From an uncultured Actinomycetota bacterium (GTDB taxonomy: Bacteria; Actinomycetota; Actinomycetes; Streptosporangiales; Streptosporangiaceae), in contig CAVXAB010000015.1 of assembly GCA_963759545.1 (NCBI GenBank), positions 45,055 to 109,054 on the forward strand: a stretch of DNA of 64,000 bases. Direction: 5' to 3'. The notes under the pieces are model-generated. The model worked only from the letters and a program-made list of their open reading frames with translations, did not search any database and was not told where the DNA came from. Positions within the stretch are counted from its first letter, which is position 1, and each line of letters begins with the position of its first letter. The position numbers were made by a program, and so were the translations under genes. This document shows, in pieces, positions 21,496 to 32,477 of this stretch.

Positions 21496-24400
21496 ATGCC
21501 GGAACGCGCGGCCGAGACCAGTCAGGTCTCGGACGACACCAGGGAGGAACTGATCGCCAAGACGGCGGGCGAGTGGCCCGCCGCCAACGGAGGCGTGGCG
21601 CCGCCGGGGGACCTGGGCCGGGCGGTTGGCGACCTGCCTGGCTTCCTCACCGCGTACTACCGGTTCGTCGCCGCCGATGACCTGATCGCGGCGGGGCCGG
21701 CCAGGCTGGCCGCCACCGCGGCGAAGCACGCCGCGCTCGGGGCCGGCCGCCCGCAGGGCCGCGCGGCGGTCAGCGTCCACCCCGCGGCCGACACCTCGCT
21801 GACCGGGGCCCAGACCGTTATCGACATCGTCACCGACGACATGCCGTACCTGGTCGACTCGGTAACGATGGAGCTCAACCGGCACGGCACCGACATCCTG
21901 CTCATCGTGCACCCGGTGCTCAGCGTCCACCGCGACGTCGCGGGAGCGGCGCACGGCACCAGCCATACGGATACCGGCGCGACGGAGACCGACGCGGACG
22001 CGGTCCGCGAGTCCTGGATCCACGTCGAGCTCGGGCACGTCGACGACACCGAGCGCCTCGCCGCCGACCTGCGCCGCGTCCTTGATGACCTGCGGGTCGC
22101 GATGGAGGACCAGCGCCGCATGCGGTCCGCCGCCCGCGACCTGGTCGAGCAGCTCGCCGACGGCGGCCCGGAGGAGGCCGAGGCCAGCGAGCTGCTCGCC
22201 TGGCTGTCGGCAGGCCACTTCACCTTCCTCGGCTACCGCGTCTACGACCTGGTGGGCGAGGACAAGCCGGAGCTGAAGCCCGCGCCGGGCACCGGCCTCG
22301 GCATCCTGCGCCACGACGCGGACTCGTTCGCCGTCAACCCGCCGGGCGGCGGGCGCGGCAGGGAGCGGGCGCGGCTCCTCGTGCTCGCCAAGTCGTCCAC
22401 CCTGTCGACCGTCTACCGGCCCAGTTACCTGGATTACGTCGCCGTCAGGCGGTTCAGCCAGGAGACGGGCGAGGTGATCGGGGAGTACCGCTTCCTCGGG
22501 CTGTACACGCAGGCCGCCTACACCGAGTCGGTCACCCGCATCCCGGTGCTGCGCCACAAGGTCGACCGGGTGCTCGAGACCGCCGGGGTGCCCGCGGACG
22601 GCCACGACGGGAAGGCCCTCATCGAGATCCTCGAGGGCTACCCGCGCGAGGAGCTCTTCGAGATCAGCGCGGAGCAGCTTGCCCCGATCGCGATGGCCGT
22701 GCTCGGCCTCGCCGAGCGCAAGCAGGTGCGCCTGTTCCTGCGCCCCGACGCCTACGGGCGCTACGTCTCCTGCCTGGTCTACCTGCCGAGAGACCGGTAC
22801 ACCACGCAGGTAAGGCTGCGCGCGCAGGAGATACTGCGCAGCGCCTTCGGCGGGGTCTCTGTCGACTACAGCGCGATGGTGGGCAACTCGGCCCTGGCCC
22901 GGCTGCACGTTGTGGTGCACGCCGCGCCCGGCTGCCCGCTCGCCAAAGTCGACCAGGCGGCCCTCCAGACGCGGATCGCCGCCGCGGTCCGCTCCTGGGA
23001 CGATGACCTGACCGCGGAGGCGCAGCGCCAGCTCGGCCCAGAGCGCGCCGCCGTGGTCCTGCGCAGCTGCGCCAACAGCATCCCGCAGACGTACAAGGCC
23101 GACATCATGCCGGCCGACGCGCTGGCGGACCTGGCGGTCGTACAGCGGCTGCGGGAGGAGTCCGCGCCGTTCGCGCTCCGCCTTTCGATCGACCAGAACG
23201 AGTCCTGGCGGCTCCGGGTCTTCCGCCTTTCCCCGCTCACGCTCTCCGACGTGCTCCCGCAGTTGCAGCACATGGGGCTCGAGGTGATCGATGAGCACCC
23301 GTACGAGTTCGGCGACCCGTACCCGTTCTGGATCTACGACTTCGGCATCCGCGGGAGCAACCGCGCCGCGACACCCGCGGAAGCCGACACGATGCGCGCC
23401 GGGTTCGAGGCCGCGCTGACCGCGCTGTGGCAGGGGCAGACCGAGGACGACGACTTCAACGGCCTGGTGCTCAACGCGGACCTCACCTGGCGGCAGGTCG
23501 TGGTGCTGCGCGCCTACGCGCGGTACCTGCGGCAGGCGGGGATCCAGTTCAGCCAGAACTACCTGCAACGGGTGCTGCGCGCCAACCCGAGGATCACGCG
23601 GCTCCTGGTCAGGCTGTTCGAGTCCCGGTTCGACCCGATGCTCCAGGGCGGCGCGGAGGAGCGCTGCACGGCGATCACCGAGGAACTGCGCGGCGCCCTC
23701 GACGAGGTGGTCAGCCTCGACCACGACCGCATCCTCCGCTCCTACCTGGCCCTGATCGAGGCCACCCTGCGCACGAACTACTTCCAGCACAAGGACGAAG
23801 GCCCCGCGCCTTACCTCGTGTTCAAGCTCGCCTCCGAGCGGGTGCCCCTGGTCCCCGCGCCGCGGCCGAAGTTCGAGATCTGGGTCTACTCGCCCCGGCT
23901 TGAGGCGGTGCACCTGCGGTTCGGCGCGGTCGCGCGCGGCGGCCTGCGCTGGTCGGAACGGCCGGAGGATTTCCGCACCGAGGTGCTCGGCCTGGTCAAG
24001 GCGCAGGAGGTGAAGAACTCGGTCATCGTCCCGTCCGGCGCGAAGGGCGGGTTCGTCTGCAAGCACCTGCCCGACCCGGCCGACAGGGACGCCTACCAGG
24101 CGGAGGTGCTCGGCTGCTACCGGACGTTCATCAGCGCGATGCTCGACGTCACCGACAACATCGTCGGCGACGCCGTGGTGCCGCCGTCCGGCGTGGTCCG
24201 GCTTGACGGGGATGACCCGTACCTGGTCGTCGCCGCCGACAAGGGGACGGCGACGTTCTCCGACGTGGCCAACGAGATCGCCATCAGGTACGGCTACTGG
24301 CTCGGCGACGCGTTCGCCTCGGGCGGCTCCGAGGGGTACGACCACAAGAAGATGGGCATCACCGCGCGCGGCGCCTGGGAGTCGGTCCGCTGGCACTTCG

Positions 24401-26382
24401 CGGCGCTGCGGCTGAACCCGGACACCGACGACTTCACGGTCGTCGGCATCGGCGACATGTCCGGTGACGTGTTCGGCAACGGCATGCTGCTTTCCCGGCA
24501 CCTGAAGCTGGTCGCCGCGTTCGATCACCGCCACATTTTCCTCGACCCTGACCCGGACCCCGCGGCGAGCTTCGCCGAGCGGGAGCGGCTGTTCAACCTG
24601 CCCCGCTCGTCGTGGGCGGACTACGACACGGCGCTGATCTCCGCGGGCGGCGGCGTCTGGCCCAGGTCGGCGAAGTCGGTGCCGGTCTCCGCGCAGGCCC
24701 GGGCGGCGCTCGGCCTCGACCCCGCGGTTGTCGCCCTGTCACCGGACGAGCTGATCTCCGCGATCCTGCGCGCGCCGGTCGACCTGCTGTGGAACGGCGG
24801 CATCGGCACGTGGGTGAAGGCTTCGCACGAGACGCACGCCGACGCGGGCGACCGGTCGAGCGACGCCGTGCGGGTCAACGCGACCGAGCTGCGGGCGCGG
24901 GTGGTCGGCGAGGGCGGCAACCTCGGGCTCACCCAGGCCGCGCGGATCGAGTACGCACTGGCCGGCGGCCTGGTGAACACCGACTTCATCGACAACTCGG
25001 CCGGCGTGGACACCTCCGACCACGAGGTCAACATCAAGATCCTGCTCGCCGGGGCGATCGCGGCCGGCGAGCTGCGGCCGGACGATCGCGGCACGCTGCT
25101 GCACGCGCTGACCGACGAGGTGGCCGCGCACGTGCTGCGGCACAACGACGGGCAGAACATGGCGCTCGCCGCCTCCCGCCACCAGGCACCTCGCCTGCTG
25201 CACGTGCACGGCAGGTACCTGCGCCAGCTCCTGCGGGAGAACCGGGTGTCGCTCGAGACCGACGGGCTGCCGGACGAGAAGGAGATCGCGGCGCGGCGCT
25301 CGGCGGGCACCGGCCTGACCACGCCGGAGCTCGCGGTGCTGCTCGCCAATACCAAGATCGCGGCGGGCCAGCAGGTGCTCGCCTCTGACCTGCCGGACGA
25401 CCCGTCCCTGCGGTCCGCGCTCGTCGGGTACTTCCCCGTACCGCTCGCTGAGCGGTTCGCCGACCTGCTCGACGCGCACCGGCTGCGCCGGGAGATCATC
25501 ACCACCTCGGTGATCAACGAGATGGTGGACACCGGCGGGTCGACGTTCCTGTTCCGGCTGGGCGAGGAGACCGGGCTGCCGGTGCCCGACATCACCAGGG
25601 CCTGGCTGGTCGCCAGGGAAGTGTTCGGCATGCGGGTCTTCTGGGAGCAGGTCGAGGCCCTGGCGGGCACCGTGGACGTGGACGCGCGGATCGCGGTCGT
25701 CCTCGAGGCGCGCAAGCTCATGGAACGGGCGACGCGCTGGCTGCTGATGAACAGGCGGCCGCCGTTCGGCATCACCGAGACGGTGAGCTTCCTCGGCGCT
25801 GGCGTCGGCACGGTCCGCTCCGCGATACCCAAGCTGCTCTCCGGCAGGGACCTGTCCGGCTTCGAGGAGCGGCGCGCCTCCTTCACCAGCCAGGGCGTCC
25901 CCGCGGGGCTGGCGGACGAGGTCGCGGCGATGGTGCCGTCCTACTCGGCGTTCGACATCGTCACCAGCGCGGCGGCGACCGAGCACGGCGTCGAGGAGAC
26001 CGCGGCGGTGTACTTCCTGCTCGCCGACCGGCTGCAGCTTGGCAGGCTGCGCGACCTCATCACCGCGCTGCCGCGCGATGACCGCTGGATGTCGGCCGCG
26101 CGGTCGGCGCTGCGCGATGACCTGTACGCCGCGCACGCCGCGCTGACCAGGGACGTGCTCGCCGTCGGCGGCACCGGTGCCGGGCTGACCGGCGCGTGGG
26201 CGGTGGCCAGCGCCACCGGCAGCGCGACGGACCGGATCGCCACGTGGGAGGCGCAGAACGCGCCTGCCGTCTCCCGCGCGGCGGCGACCCTCGCCGAGAT
26301 CTGGGAGAGCAACCGGTTCACCTTCACCACCCTGTCGGTGGCCGTCCGGGTGATCAGAGCGCTGGTCGCCCCCGGGTCGTAA
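21496..26382 (+). CDS. gdh: Large NAD-specific glutamate dehydrogenase (GDH2 type)
   Basis: About 1630 aa; ARGGLRWS, LVKAQEVKN, YLVVAADKGTATFSD, GYDHKKMGITARGAW, DFIDNSAGVDTSDHEVNIKI. Confidence 0.96.
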   Translation: MPERAAETSQVSDDTREELIAKTAGEWPAANGGVAPPGDLGRAVGDLPGFLTAYYRFVAADDLIAAGPARLAATAAKHAALGAGRPQGRAAVSVHPAADTSLTGAQTVIDIVTDDMPYLVDSVTMELNRHGTDILLIVHPVLSVHRDVAGAAHGTSHTDTGATETDADAVRESWIHVELGHVDDTERLAADLRRVLDDLRVAMEDQRRMRSAARDLVEQLADGGPEEAEASELLAWLSAGHFTFLGYRVYDLVGEDKPELKPAPGTGLGILRHDADSFAVNPPGGGRGRERARLLVLAKSSTLSTVYRPSYLDYVAVRRFSQETGEVIGEYRFLGLYTQAAYTESVTRIPVLRHKVDRVLETAGVPADGHDGKALIEILEGYPREELFEISAEQLAPIAMAVLGLAERKQVRLFLRPDAYGRYVSCLVYLPRDRYTTQVRLRAQEILRSAFGGVSVDYSAMVGNSALARLHVVVHAAPGCPLAKVDQAALQTRIAAAVRSWDDDLTAEAQRQLGPERAAVVLRSCANSIPQTYKADIMPADALADLAVVQRLREESAPFALRLSIDQNESWRLRVFRLSPLTLSDVLPQLQHMGLEVIDEHPYEFGDPYPFWIYDFGIRGSNRAATPAEADTMRAGFEAALTALWQGQTEDDDFNGLVLNADLTWRQVVVLRAYARYLRQAGIQFSQNYLQRVLRANPRITRLLVRLFESRFDPMLQGGAEERCTAITEELRGALDEVVSLDHDRILRSYLALIEATLRTNYFQHKDEGPAPYLVFKLASERVPLVPAPRPKFEIWVYSPRLEAVHLRFGAVARGGLRWSERPEDFRTEVLGLVKAQEVKNSVIVPSGAKGGFVCKHLPDPADRDAYQAEVLGCYRTFISAMLDVTDNIVGDAVVPPSGVVRLDGDDPYLVVAADKGTATFSDVANEIAIRYGYWLGDAFASGGSEGYDHKKMGITARGAWESVRWHFAALRLNPDTDDFTVVGIGDMSGDVFGNGMLLSRHLKLVAAFDHRHIFLDPDPDPAASFAERERLFNLPRSSWADYDTALISAGGGVWPRSAKSVPVSAQARAALGLDPAVVALSPDELISAILRAPVDLLWNGGIGTWVKASHETHADAGDRSSDAVRVNATELRARVVGEGGNLGLTQAARIEYALAGGLVNTDFIDNSAGVDTSDHEVNIKILLAGAIAAGELRPDDRGTLLHALTDEVAAHVLRHNDGQNMALAASRHQAPRLLHVHGRYLRQLLRENRVSLETDGLPDEKEIAARRSAGTGLTTPELAVLLANTKIAAGQQVLASDLPDDPSLRSALVGYFPVPLAERFADLLDAHRLRREIITTSVINEMVDTGGSTFLFRLGEETGLPVPDITRAWLVAREVFGMRVFWEQVEALAGTVDVDARIAVVLEARKLMERATRWLLMNRRPPFGITETVSFLGAGVGTVRSAIPKLLSGRDLSGFEERRASFTSQGVPAGLADEVAAMVPSYSAFDIVTSAAATEHGVEETAAVYFLLADRLQLGRLRDLITALPRDDRWMSAARSALRDDLYAAHAALTRDVLAVGGTGAGLTGAWAVASATGSATDRIATWEAQNAPAVSRAAATLAEIWESNRFTFTTLSVAVRVIRALVAPGS

Positions 26383-26383
26383 G

Positions 26384-26489
26384 TCAAAATCAAAGATCAA
26401 GGTCGCAAGTCGTCCGAACGGTTCAGTGTTTCACCGCTCGGCGACCCATGACACCACGGAGCGGGGCCGGCAATCCGCCCCCGCTCCGC
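26384..26489 (+). repeat. Dispersed element, family F3 (A-rich / TCCGAACGG / GCGGGGCCGGC)
   Basis: Motifs at 26413 and 26461; same spacing as the copy at 38484/38532. Confidence 0.6.
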
Positions 26490-26501
26490 TCAGTTGCGGC
26501 T

Positions 26502-27620
26502 TCAGCAGAGGCCGCTGAGCCGCGGGAGCCTGGTCACAAAGCACAAGTCCGCCGGGCGGCCAAGGGCAAGCGGGCTTCGGAACGGGACCGGGTGCGCCGT
26601 GTTGAATTGGCACGGCCCTCCGGCCGCTGACGGGCAGATCGCCGCCGGCTTCGGCAGCGGCCCGCCCGGGATCAGCTTCAGGTTCGGCGCGACGGCCGCG
26701 GGGAGCGAGACCTGGCGGAATCCGGCGGGGACGGGCACGGTGAGCTCGGCCAGGTTCTGCGCGGTCGGCGGCAGCCAGGTGAAGTCCGCTGTCTGCTGGA
26801 GACCAGGCGGGCCGTAGGGTGAGCGGACGGCCACGCGCACCGGCAGGTACGTGCTCGGGTCGACCCAGATGGTCTCGGCGAGCGGGCTGCCCGCGCGGCT
26901 CGTCAGCTTGATCGCATTGGTTCCGTCCACCGTCTGCCGGCCGGCCACGGTCAAGGTCCCGCACGAGACCGCGGTGCGCAGCGCCGTGGCCACGGTCGTG
27001 GGCAGCGAACTGGCGGAGGTGCTTGTGCCAGGCAGCCCGAGCCGGAACAGCGTCGGGAAGCCGGCGACCGCCGGCCCGCAACCGCGCTTGGCGGAGGGCG
27101 TACCGAACGCCAGCCCGGTCGGCTGGCCAAGCCCTGGCTGGCGTGCCCAGGTCTTGGTCGGGTAGCTGACCAGGGTGTAGCCGGACGTGGTGCTGAAGCC
27201 CTCGTCGTAGGCCGGATGGCCGGGCGACGAGTACGTGACCGAGCGCCACTCGCTGCCGTTGGACCACTCCTCGGCGGTGGTCGTCGTGGACTTGACGCCG
27301 GGCAGCGCGGGGCCGCTTGTCGTGACCGTCATCTGCGCGATCGTGCCTGGTTCGGCCGCGCTCAGCGCGTTGCTGACGTTCTTGATCACGTACGCCGCAT
27401 CGACGGCCGTACCGCCGGCGCCGTTGACGCCGGGGACCACGGCCACCGCAAGGGCCGCGGCCCCCGCGGCAAGCGCCACCGCCCCTGCGGTCAGCGAGCG
27501 CACGGCCAGCCGCTTGCGGCGCCGCCGCGCGACCAGGTAGGTCAATCCAGCGGGTGCCCGGAGATCAGCGGTGTAGCGCTCCATGCCCTCGCGGAGCAGC
27601 TCTTCGACGTCGGTGTTCAT
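26502..27620 (-). CDS. Single-TM membrane protein cotranscribed with the ECF sigma (putative anti-sigma factor)
   Basis: Short cytoplasmic N-terminus MNTDVEELLREG, basic patch, TM helix, extracytoplasmic beta-rich domain. Confidence 0.7.
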   Translation of the reverse strand: MNTDVEELLREGMERYTADLRAPAGLTYLVARRRRKRLAVRSLTAGAVALAAGAAALAVAVVPGVNGAGGTAVDAAYVIKNVSNALSAAEPGTIAQMTVTTSGPALPGVKSTTTTAEEWSNGSEWRSVTYSSPGHPAYDEGFSTTSGYTLVSYPTKTWARQPGLGQPTGLAFGTPSAKRGCGPAVAGFPTLFRLGLPGTSTSASSLPTTVATALRTAVSCGTLTVAGRQTVDGTNAIKLTSRAGSPLAETIWVDPSTYLPVRVAVRSPYGPPGLQQTADFTWLPPTAQNLAELTVPVPAGFRQVSLPAAVAPNLKLIPGGPLPKPAAICPSAAGGPCQFNTAHPVPFRSPLALGRPADLCFVTRLPRLSGLC

Positions 27621-27625
27621 GATCG

Positions 27626-28150
27626 CTATTCCTCCCGGCCGCTCATCGCCGCCGTGTCGTTCCACTCATCGGCAAGCTCGCGCATCCGTGTCAGCCCGCG
27701 CGAGACGGCGGACCGCACCGTGCCCTCCGCGCAGCCGAGGACCGCCGCCGCCTCGGCGTCGGTCAGCTGCTCCCAGTACCGCAGCACCAGCGCGGCCCGC
27801 TGCCTGGCAGGCAGCCGCAACAGCAGCCGGACCAGGGCGTCGCGCAGGTCAACGTCGCCGGCCGGGTCCGGCGTTGGCCGCAGGTCGGTGCGCAGCAGGC
27901 GCTCCTTCTGCCGCCACCGGCCCGCCCGCCGCTTGCCGTCGATCGCCAGGTTGCACAGCGTCCGGCGCAGGTAGCCCTCGGGGTCACCGTCGAACCGGCG
28001 CCACCGCTGCAGCAGCCGCTCGACCGCCGTCTGCAGCAGGTCCTCGCCGGCCTCCCGGCCGCCGGCCAGCAGCACGGCGGTGCGCAGCAGGTGATCGGCG
28101 CGCTCGGCGAGGAACTCCTCAAGCTCCGCCGTACTCCGGTCGGCCGCCAT
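27626..28150 (-). CDS. ECF sigma factor, SigE (SCO3356)-like
   Basis: EDLLQTA, EGYLRR, LPARQRAALVLRYWEQLTDAEAAAVLGCAEGTVRS. Confidence 0.9.
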   Translation of the reverse strand: MAADRSTAELEEFLAERADHLLRTAVLLAGGREAGEDLLQTAVERLLQRWRRFDGDPEGYLRRTLCNLAIDGKRRAGRWRQKERLLRTDLRPTPDPAGDVDLRDALVRLLLRLPARQRAALVLRYWEQLTDAEAAAVLGCAEGTVRSAVSRGLTRMRELADEWNDTAAMSGREE

Positions 28151-28427
28151 CCAGCTCTCCTCCCGGTTTCCTCCCAGTTCGCTATCCAAGTACGAAGAAC
28201 CGGCCGCAACCGTTCCACTCGGGCGGCAAGAAATCGCGATCGCCACGGTGTCCCCGCGCCCGGCCGGCGGCCGGGCGTTTGCTTAGGAGCGCGCGCCGCA
28301 GCACTAGGCGAGGGAAAAGCACGTGCAGGGCGCAATGCCGTTGACTTACGTGGTGCGTGAGGGCCCTGCGTGGCCTGGTGGGCGGTGCATTGGCGCCAGG
28401 CGCGGCGTCATTGAGGAAGATTTCCTT

Positions 28428-28527
28428 GATCATGTGGATTCCGCATCAAATGAGCTGCGGAATCCACATGATCATGGTCCGGGCCGCGATGCCGCCGGGA
28501 CAAACCGGGCGGAACGGACAAGCGGCC
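28428..28527 (+). repeat. GATC-bounded palindromic element, family F2, copy 1
   Basis: Perfect 18-bp stem GATCATGTGGATTCCGCA / TGCGGAATCCACATGATC; similarity to the 47896 copy extends for about 100 nt. Confidence 0.8.
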
Positions 28528-28685
28528 GTCTCTACCTCGGTCTCATGGCTCTGGCCGGCGCCACGGCGGCCCTGCATCGGGCGCCAGCACGCCAGCACCA
28601 ATCATGGCCACTGGCTAAGCAAGCAATGGTCACCAGGTTAAGCAAAGCCGCACCGTCCGCTCGGAGGCAGGTAGCGCCCTTCGTG

Positions 28686-29888
28686 CTAGGACGCGGAGGC
28701 GCTGGTCAGCCCGCCGCCGATGGCGATGACCTGGATCTTGGCGTTGCCTGAGGCCGGGTCGACGGCCGCGAACGAGAGCGTCTGGCTGGCGGAAAGCTGA
28801 ACGAGCGGGGCTGGCCGGCCAAGCGGGAGCAGCATCTGCACGTCAACGGGCACCTGGATGGGCAGGCCGGAGTGGACCGGGTTGGCCTTGTTGATCACGT
28901 CGGGGACGGCGACCGTGGTGTTCAGCGACATCGCGTAGAAGACGAGGGCGCCGCCCGCGGCGGTGCGCAGCGCGAACTGCGGAAGGCTGGACCCGTCGAG
29001 TTCCCACTGGTAGACGTCGCCGCGCGGTGCCCTCAGGCCGCCCGCGTGGTTGACGGCGCCCTGGTACATGCCGGTGGTGAGCGGGCCGTCCGCTACCGCC
29101 CTCGTGGCTGCGCTTGCCGGGCCGTCATCGACTACGCCCGCTTGGAGCGGACCGGCGTCATCGGGCTGCGCCACCAGCGACGCGTCCGACAGCGGTACGG
29201 TCGGGACAGATCCGGCGCTGCCGGCCGCCAGTCTGGGCGGCGTTACCCCGGACGGGAGCTGCGAGATGCTCGCGAGCAGCCACGGCGCTCTCGCGTCGGC
29301 CTGCTCGAACAGCATGAGCGCCGGGCCGTGCAGCGGCACCTGCGCGCCGCCGACCCCGGTGGCCGAGCTGTCAGTGCCGCGGAGCGCCCGGTTGACGGAA
29401 GCGACGAAGAAGCGCGGGTAGCCGGCCGCCGCTGGCAGGTAAAACGTGGGCGCGCCATACGTGTAGACGGCAAGGCCAGGCTGGACGCTGAGGGAGCTGC
29501 TGTAGGCGCCCTGGGCGTCCGGCGAGGTGCCGTTCACGACCACGCCGTGACTCGCCAGCGTCGCGGTCAGCACTGCCTGCTCGACGCCGGTGACCAGGGA
29601 GAGCAACGGCGATGCGAGTCGCGGCGATACCGCCTTGGCCGCGGTGGCGACATAGCGGTCGAAGACCTGGCGGGCCCGGTCCGCGGTGATGGCGGGCGAG
29701 GCGGTGCCCGGTGAGGCGGTGCCCGGCGAGGCGGTGCCCGGCGCGCCGGCCGTGGCGCTCGTGCCCGAACCCGCCGACGTGCAGGCCGCGGTGGGCAGCA
29801 CGGTGGCAAGCGCCGCTGCCAGCGCGAATGCGGGGGCGGAGCTCAGCGGGCGCCACCGCGGGCGCGCCAAGGGCTTCCGATGTGCCAC
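28686..29888 (-). CDS. Hypothetical lipoprotein
   Basis: Signal peptide with lipobox-like LPTAAC, GTASP repeats, GC3-biased codons; no family recognised. Confidence 0.7.
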   Translation of the reverse strand: MAHRKPLARPRWRPLSSAPAFALAAALATVLPTAACTSAGSGTSATAGAPGTASPGTASPGTASPAITADRARQVFDRYVATAAKAVSPRLASPLLSLVTGVEQAVLTATLASHGVVVNGTSPDAQGAYSSSLSVQPGLAVYTYGAPTFYLPAAAGYPRFFVASVNRALRGTDSSATGVGGAQVPLHGPALMLFEQADARAPWLLASISQLPSGVTPPRLAAGSAGSVPTVPLSDASLVAQPDDAGPLQAGVVDDGPASAATRAVADGPLTTGMYQGAVNHAGGLRAPRGDVYQWELDGSSLPQFALRTAAGGALVFYAMSLNTTVAVPDVINKANPVHSGLPIQVPVDVQMLLPLGRPAPLVQLSASQTLSFAAVDPASGNAKIQVIAIGGGLTSASAS

Positions 29889-29971
29889 GAATGCGGAGGA
29901 TACCTAAGTCAACCGGCCTTCGGCGCGTCCTGGATACGCTGACGGGCCCGTATTCGCGTAGGCTTTCCGAC

Positions 29972-31084
29972 ATGGCAGCTACCGATCCCGCCGATGAGAT
30001 ATCGGAACTGTCGTCCAAGCTCGACACGATCGAGGCCGTAGTCGATCCTGAGGCGATGCGCACCGAGGTCCTTGACCTGCGCGAGCAGGCCGCCGACCCG
30101 TCGCTCTGGGAGGATCAGACGCGGGCACAGCAAGTTACCCGGCGGCTGTCCTACCTTGAGGGCGAGCTGAACCGGATGGAGAGCCTCCGGCAGCGGCTCG
30201 CCGACATCAGCGTACTGTTCGAGCTTGCCAACGACGAGCACGACCAGGCCACCGCCGACGAGGCCGTCGCCGAGCTTGCCGCGGTGCGCAAGGAAGTCGA
30301 CCTCCTTGAGATCCGCACCCTGCTGAACGGCGAGTACGACGCCCGCGAGGCGCTGATCACGATCAACTCGCAGGCGGGCGGCGCCGACGCGGAGGACTTC
30401 GCGGGCAACCTGCAGCGGATGTACCTGCGCTGGGCGGAGCGGCACAAGTACCCGGCCGAGGTCTACGACGTCTCCTACGGCGAGGCGGGCATCAAGTCCA
30501 CCACGTTCGCGGTGAAGGCCCCCTACGCCTACGGCACGCTCCGCGGCGAGCAGGGCACCCACCGCATGGTGCGCATCTCCAAGTACGACAACCAGGGCCG
30601 CCGCCAGACGAGCTTCGCCGGCGTCGACGTGGTGCCCGTGGTCGAGCAGACCGACCACGTGGACATCCCCGACGACGACATCCGCGTGGACGTGTTCCGC
30701 TCCTCTGGTCCCGGCGGCCAGGGCGTCAACACGACCGACTCGGCGGTGCGGATCACCCACAAGCCGACCGGCATCGTGGTCTCCTGCCAGAACGAGCGGT
30801 CCCAGATCCAGAACAAGGCCTCCGCGATGGCCGTCCTGCAGGCCAAGCTGCTTGAGCGCCGCCGCGAGGAGGAAGCGCAGGAGCTGAACGCGCTGCGGGG
30901 CGACGGCGGCCGCGCCTGGGGATCGCAGATCCGCAACTACGTCCTGTACCCGTACCAGATGGTGAAGGACCAGCGGACGGGCTACGAGACCTCGCAGGCG
31001 GAGTCGGTGCTCGACGGCGCGATCGACGACTTCATCGAGGCGGAGATCCGCTGGCTGCGCCGCGAGGAGAAGGAATCCGACTAG
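29972..31084 (+). CDS. prfB: Peptide chain release factor 2 (continuous ORF, no programmed frameshift)
   Basis: [43 protein letters not shown]. Confidence 0.96.
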   Translation: MAATDPADEISELSSKLDTIEAVVDPEAMRTEVLDLREQAADPSLWEDQTRAQQVTRRLSYLEGELNRMESLRQRLADISVLFELANDEHDQATADEAVAELAAVRKEVDLLEIRTLLNGEYDAREALITINSQAGGADAEDFAGNLQRMYLRWAERHKYPAEVYDVSYGEAGIKSTTFAVKAPYAYGTLRGEQGTHRMVRISKYDNQGRRQTSFAGVDVVPVVEQTDHVDIPDDDIRVDVFRSSGPGGQGVNTTDSAVRITHKPTGIVVSCQNERSQIQNKASAMAVLQAKLLERRREEEAQELNALRGDGGRAWGSQIRNYVLYPYQMVKDQRTGYETSQAESVLDGAIDDFIEAEIRWLRREEKESD

Positions 31085-31095
31085 CCGCGGCGCCG

Positions 31096-31276
31096 GTCAA
31101 GTCAAGTTAAAAAACAAGCAGATTCCGAACGGGATCGTGCGCTGCTTAGTCACGCACGGACTTCTCCTGGCGGGCGAGCGGCGGGCGCCGGCCCCGCCCG
31201 CCAGGCAGAAAATGAGACGCGGGGGAGTCGGCCGCTTACGTTCGGGATAACTCTTTTGCTTTATTGCTTTTGATCT
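31096..31276. repeat. Family F3 element(s) forming imperfect terminal inverted repeats
   Basis: A-rich tract plus TCCGAACGG at 31124 (+); CGTTCGGGA plus T-rich tract at 31239-31276 (-); internal GCCGGCCCCGC at 31187. Confidence 0.6.
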
Positions 31277-31290
31277 GCGTGCAGCCGCCG

Positions 31291-31476
31291 CTAAGCAAGT
31301 ACGTGGGTCGCGATGAGGAGGCCCAGAAGTAGCAGCAGTGCGGCCGCAATGAGCAGTTGCGGCGTGAGGGTCGGACCGTGGTGGTGGACCTCGGCGCGGG
31401 AAGCGCGGCAGACCGGACAGCGGGCCTCGATCACGGGGCCCCCGCAGTGTGCGCAGATCAGATGCTCGCAGCTCAT
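31291..31476 (-). CDS. Small protein with two CxxC pairs and a C-terminal TM helix
   Basis: MSCEHLICAHCGGPVIEARCPVCR...LLIAAALLLLLGLLIATHVLA; divergent from ftsE. Confidence 0.7.
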   Translation of the reverse strand: MSCEHLICAHCGGPVIEARCPVCRASRAEVHHHGPTLTPQLLIAAALLLLLGLLIATHVLA

Positions 31477-31695
31477 CTGGAACCCCTTCCTGTGGTGGTG
31501 CCCCGGCGCACTTGGCGTGATCTGGAGCCTTAGCTGCCAGTTTCCCCCTAGACTGTTCCCTGGCTAAGCCAGGTTACCCGCAAGTTGCCAGCTAAGCCGC
31601 AATACCCGTGTGGCGGTCGGGCCCTGCGTGAGCGCGGTTCCCGGCCCGACAAGCCAGTCCTGCATTAAGGCGACGAGAGATCCTGTGATGGTCCT

Positions 31696-32385
31696 GTGAT
31701 CGAGTTTCAAAACGTCACCAAGATCTACCCGAACCAGAATCGGGCCGCCCTGGAGAACGTCGACATGACGATCAACAAGGGAGAGTTCGTCTTCCTCGTT
31801 GGCCCGTCTGGGTCGGGCAAGTCCTCCTTCCTGCGGCTGATTCTCCGTGAGGAGCGGCCGAACGAAGGCCAGATCCTCGTCGCCGGCAACGACCTGGCGA
31901 GACTCACGAACTGGAAGGTCCCGGCGCTCCGCCGCAAGATCGGCTGCGTGTTCCAGGACTTCCGGCTGCTGCCGAACAAGACCGTCGAGCAGAACGTCGC
32001 GTTCGCGCTTGAGGTGATCGGCAAGCCGCGGCGGTTCATCAAGCGCGTGGTGCCCGAGGTGCTCGACCTCGTGGGCCTGGAGGGCAAGCACGACCGCATG
32101 CCCGACGAGCTGTCCGGCGGCGAGCAGCAGCGGGTCGCGATGGCCCGGGCGTTCGTCAACCGGCCGATGATCCTGCTCGCCGACGAGCCGACGGGGAACA
32201 TCGACCCGGCGACCTCGATCGGCATCATGAAGGTCCTCGACCGCATCAACCGGACGGGGACGACGGTCGTCATGGCGACCCACGACGCCGCGATCGTGGA
32301 CTCGATGCGCAAGCGCGTGATCGAGCTTGAATACGGCAAGGTGGTCCGCGACCAGAATCGCGGTGTCTACGGCCAGAACTACTAG
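31696..32385 (+). CDS. ftsE: Cell-division ABC ATPase FtsE
   Basis: [41 protein letters not shown]. Confidence 0.96.
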   Translation: MIEFQNVTKIYPNQNRAALENVDMTINKGEFVFLVGPSGSGKSSFLRLILREERPNEGQILVAGNDLARLTNWKVPALRRKIGCVFQDFRLLPNKTVEQNVAFALEVIGKPRRFIKRVVPEVLDLVGLEGKHDRMPDELSGGEQQRVAMARAFVNRPMILLADEPTGNIDPATSIGIMKVLDRINRTGTTVVMATHDAAIVDSMRKRVIELEYGKVVRDQNRGVYGQNY

Positions 32386-32477
32386 GTCAGCACTGCTAGC
32401 GGCCGTTTTATTACGGTCCGCTTACCGGGTGCCTGGATAGACGGCACATGACTCACCAGGGATGAGATAAGGCGAGT

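Noticed and set aside
21074-21496. Small ORFs upstream of gdh (21108-21329 +, 21074-21496 -)
   Set aside because: No SD, motif or codon bias. The TTGACC/TAGCCT pair has only a 14-nt spacer, so it was not called as a promoter either.
21475-24534. 1019-aa minus-strand ORF, and similar long antisense ORFs at 13638-15653, 44008-45738, 48160-50346 and 24739-26400
   Set aside because: Shadow ORFs opposite well-supported genes, expected at high GC; the translations have no family motifs.
29972-31084. Programmed +1 frameshift in prfB
   Set aside because: The ORF is continuous, with no CTT-TGA slippery site.
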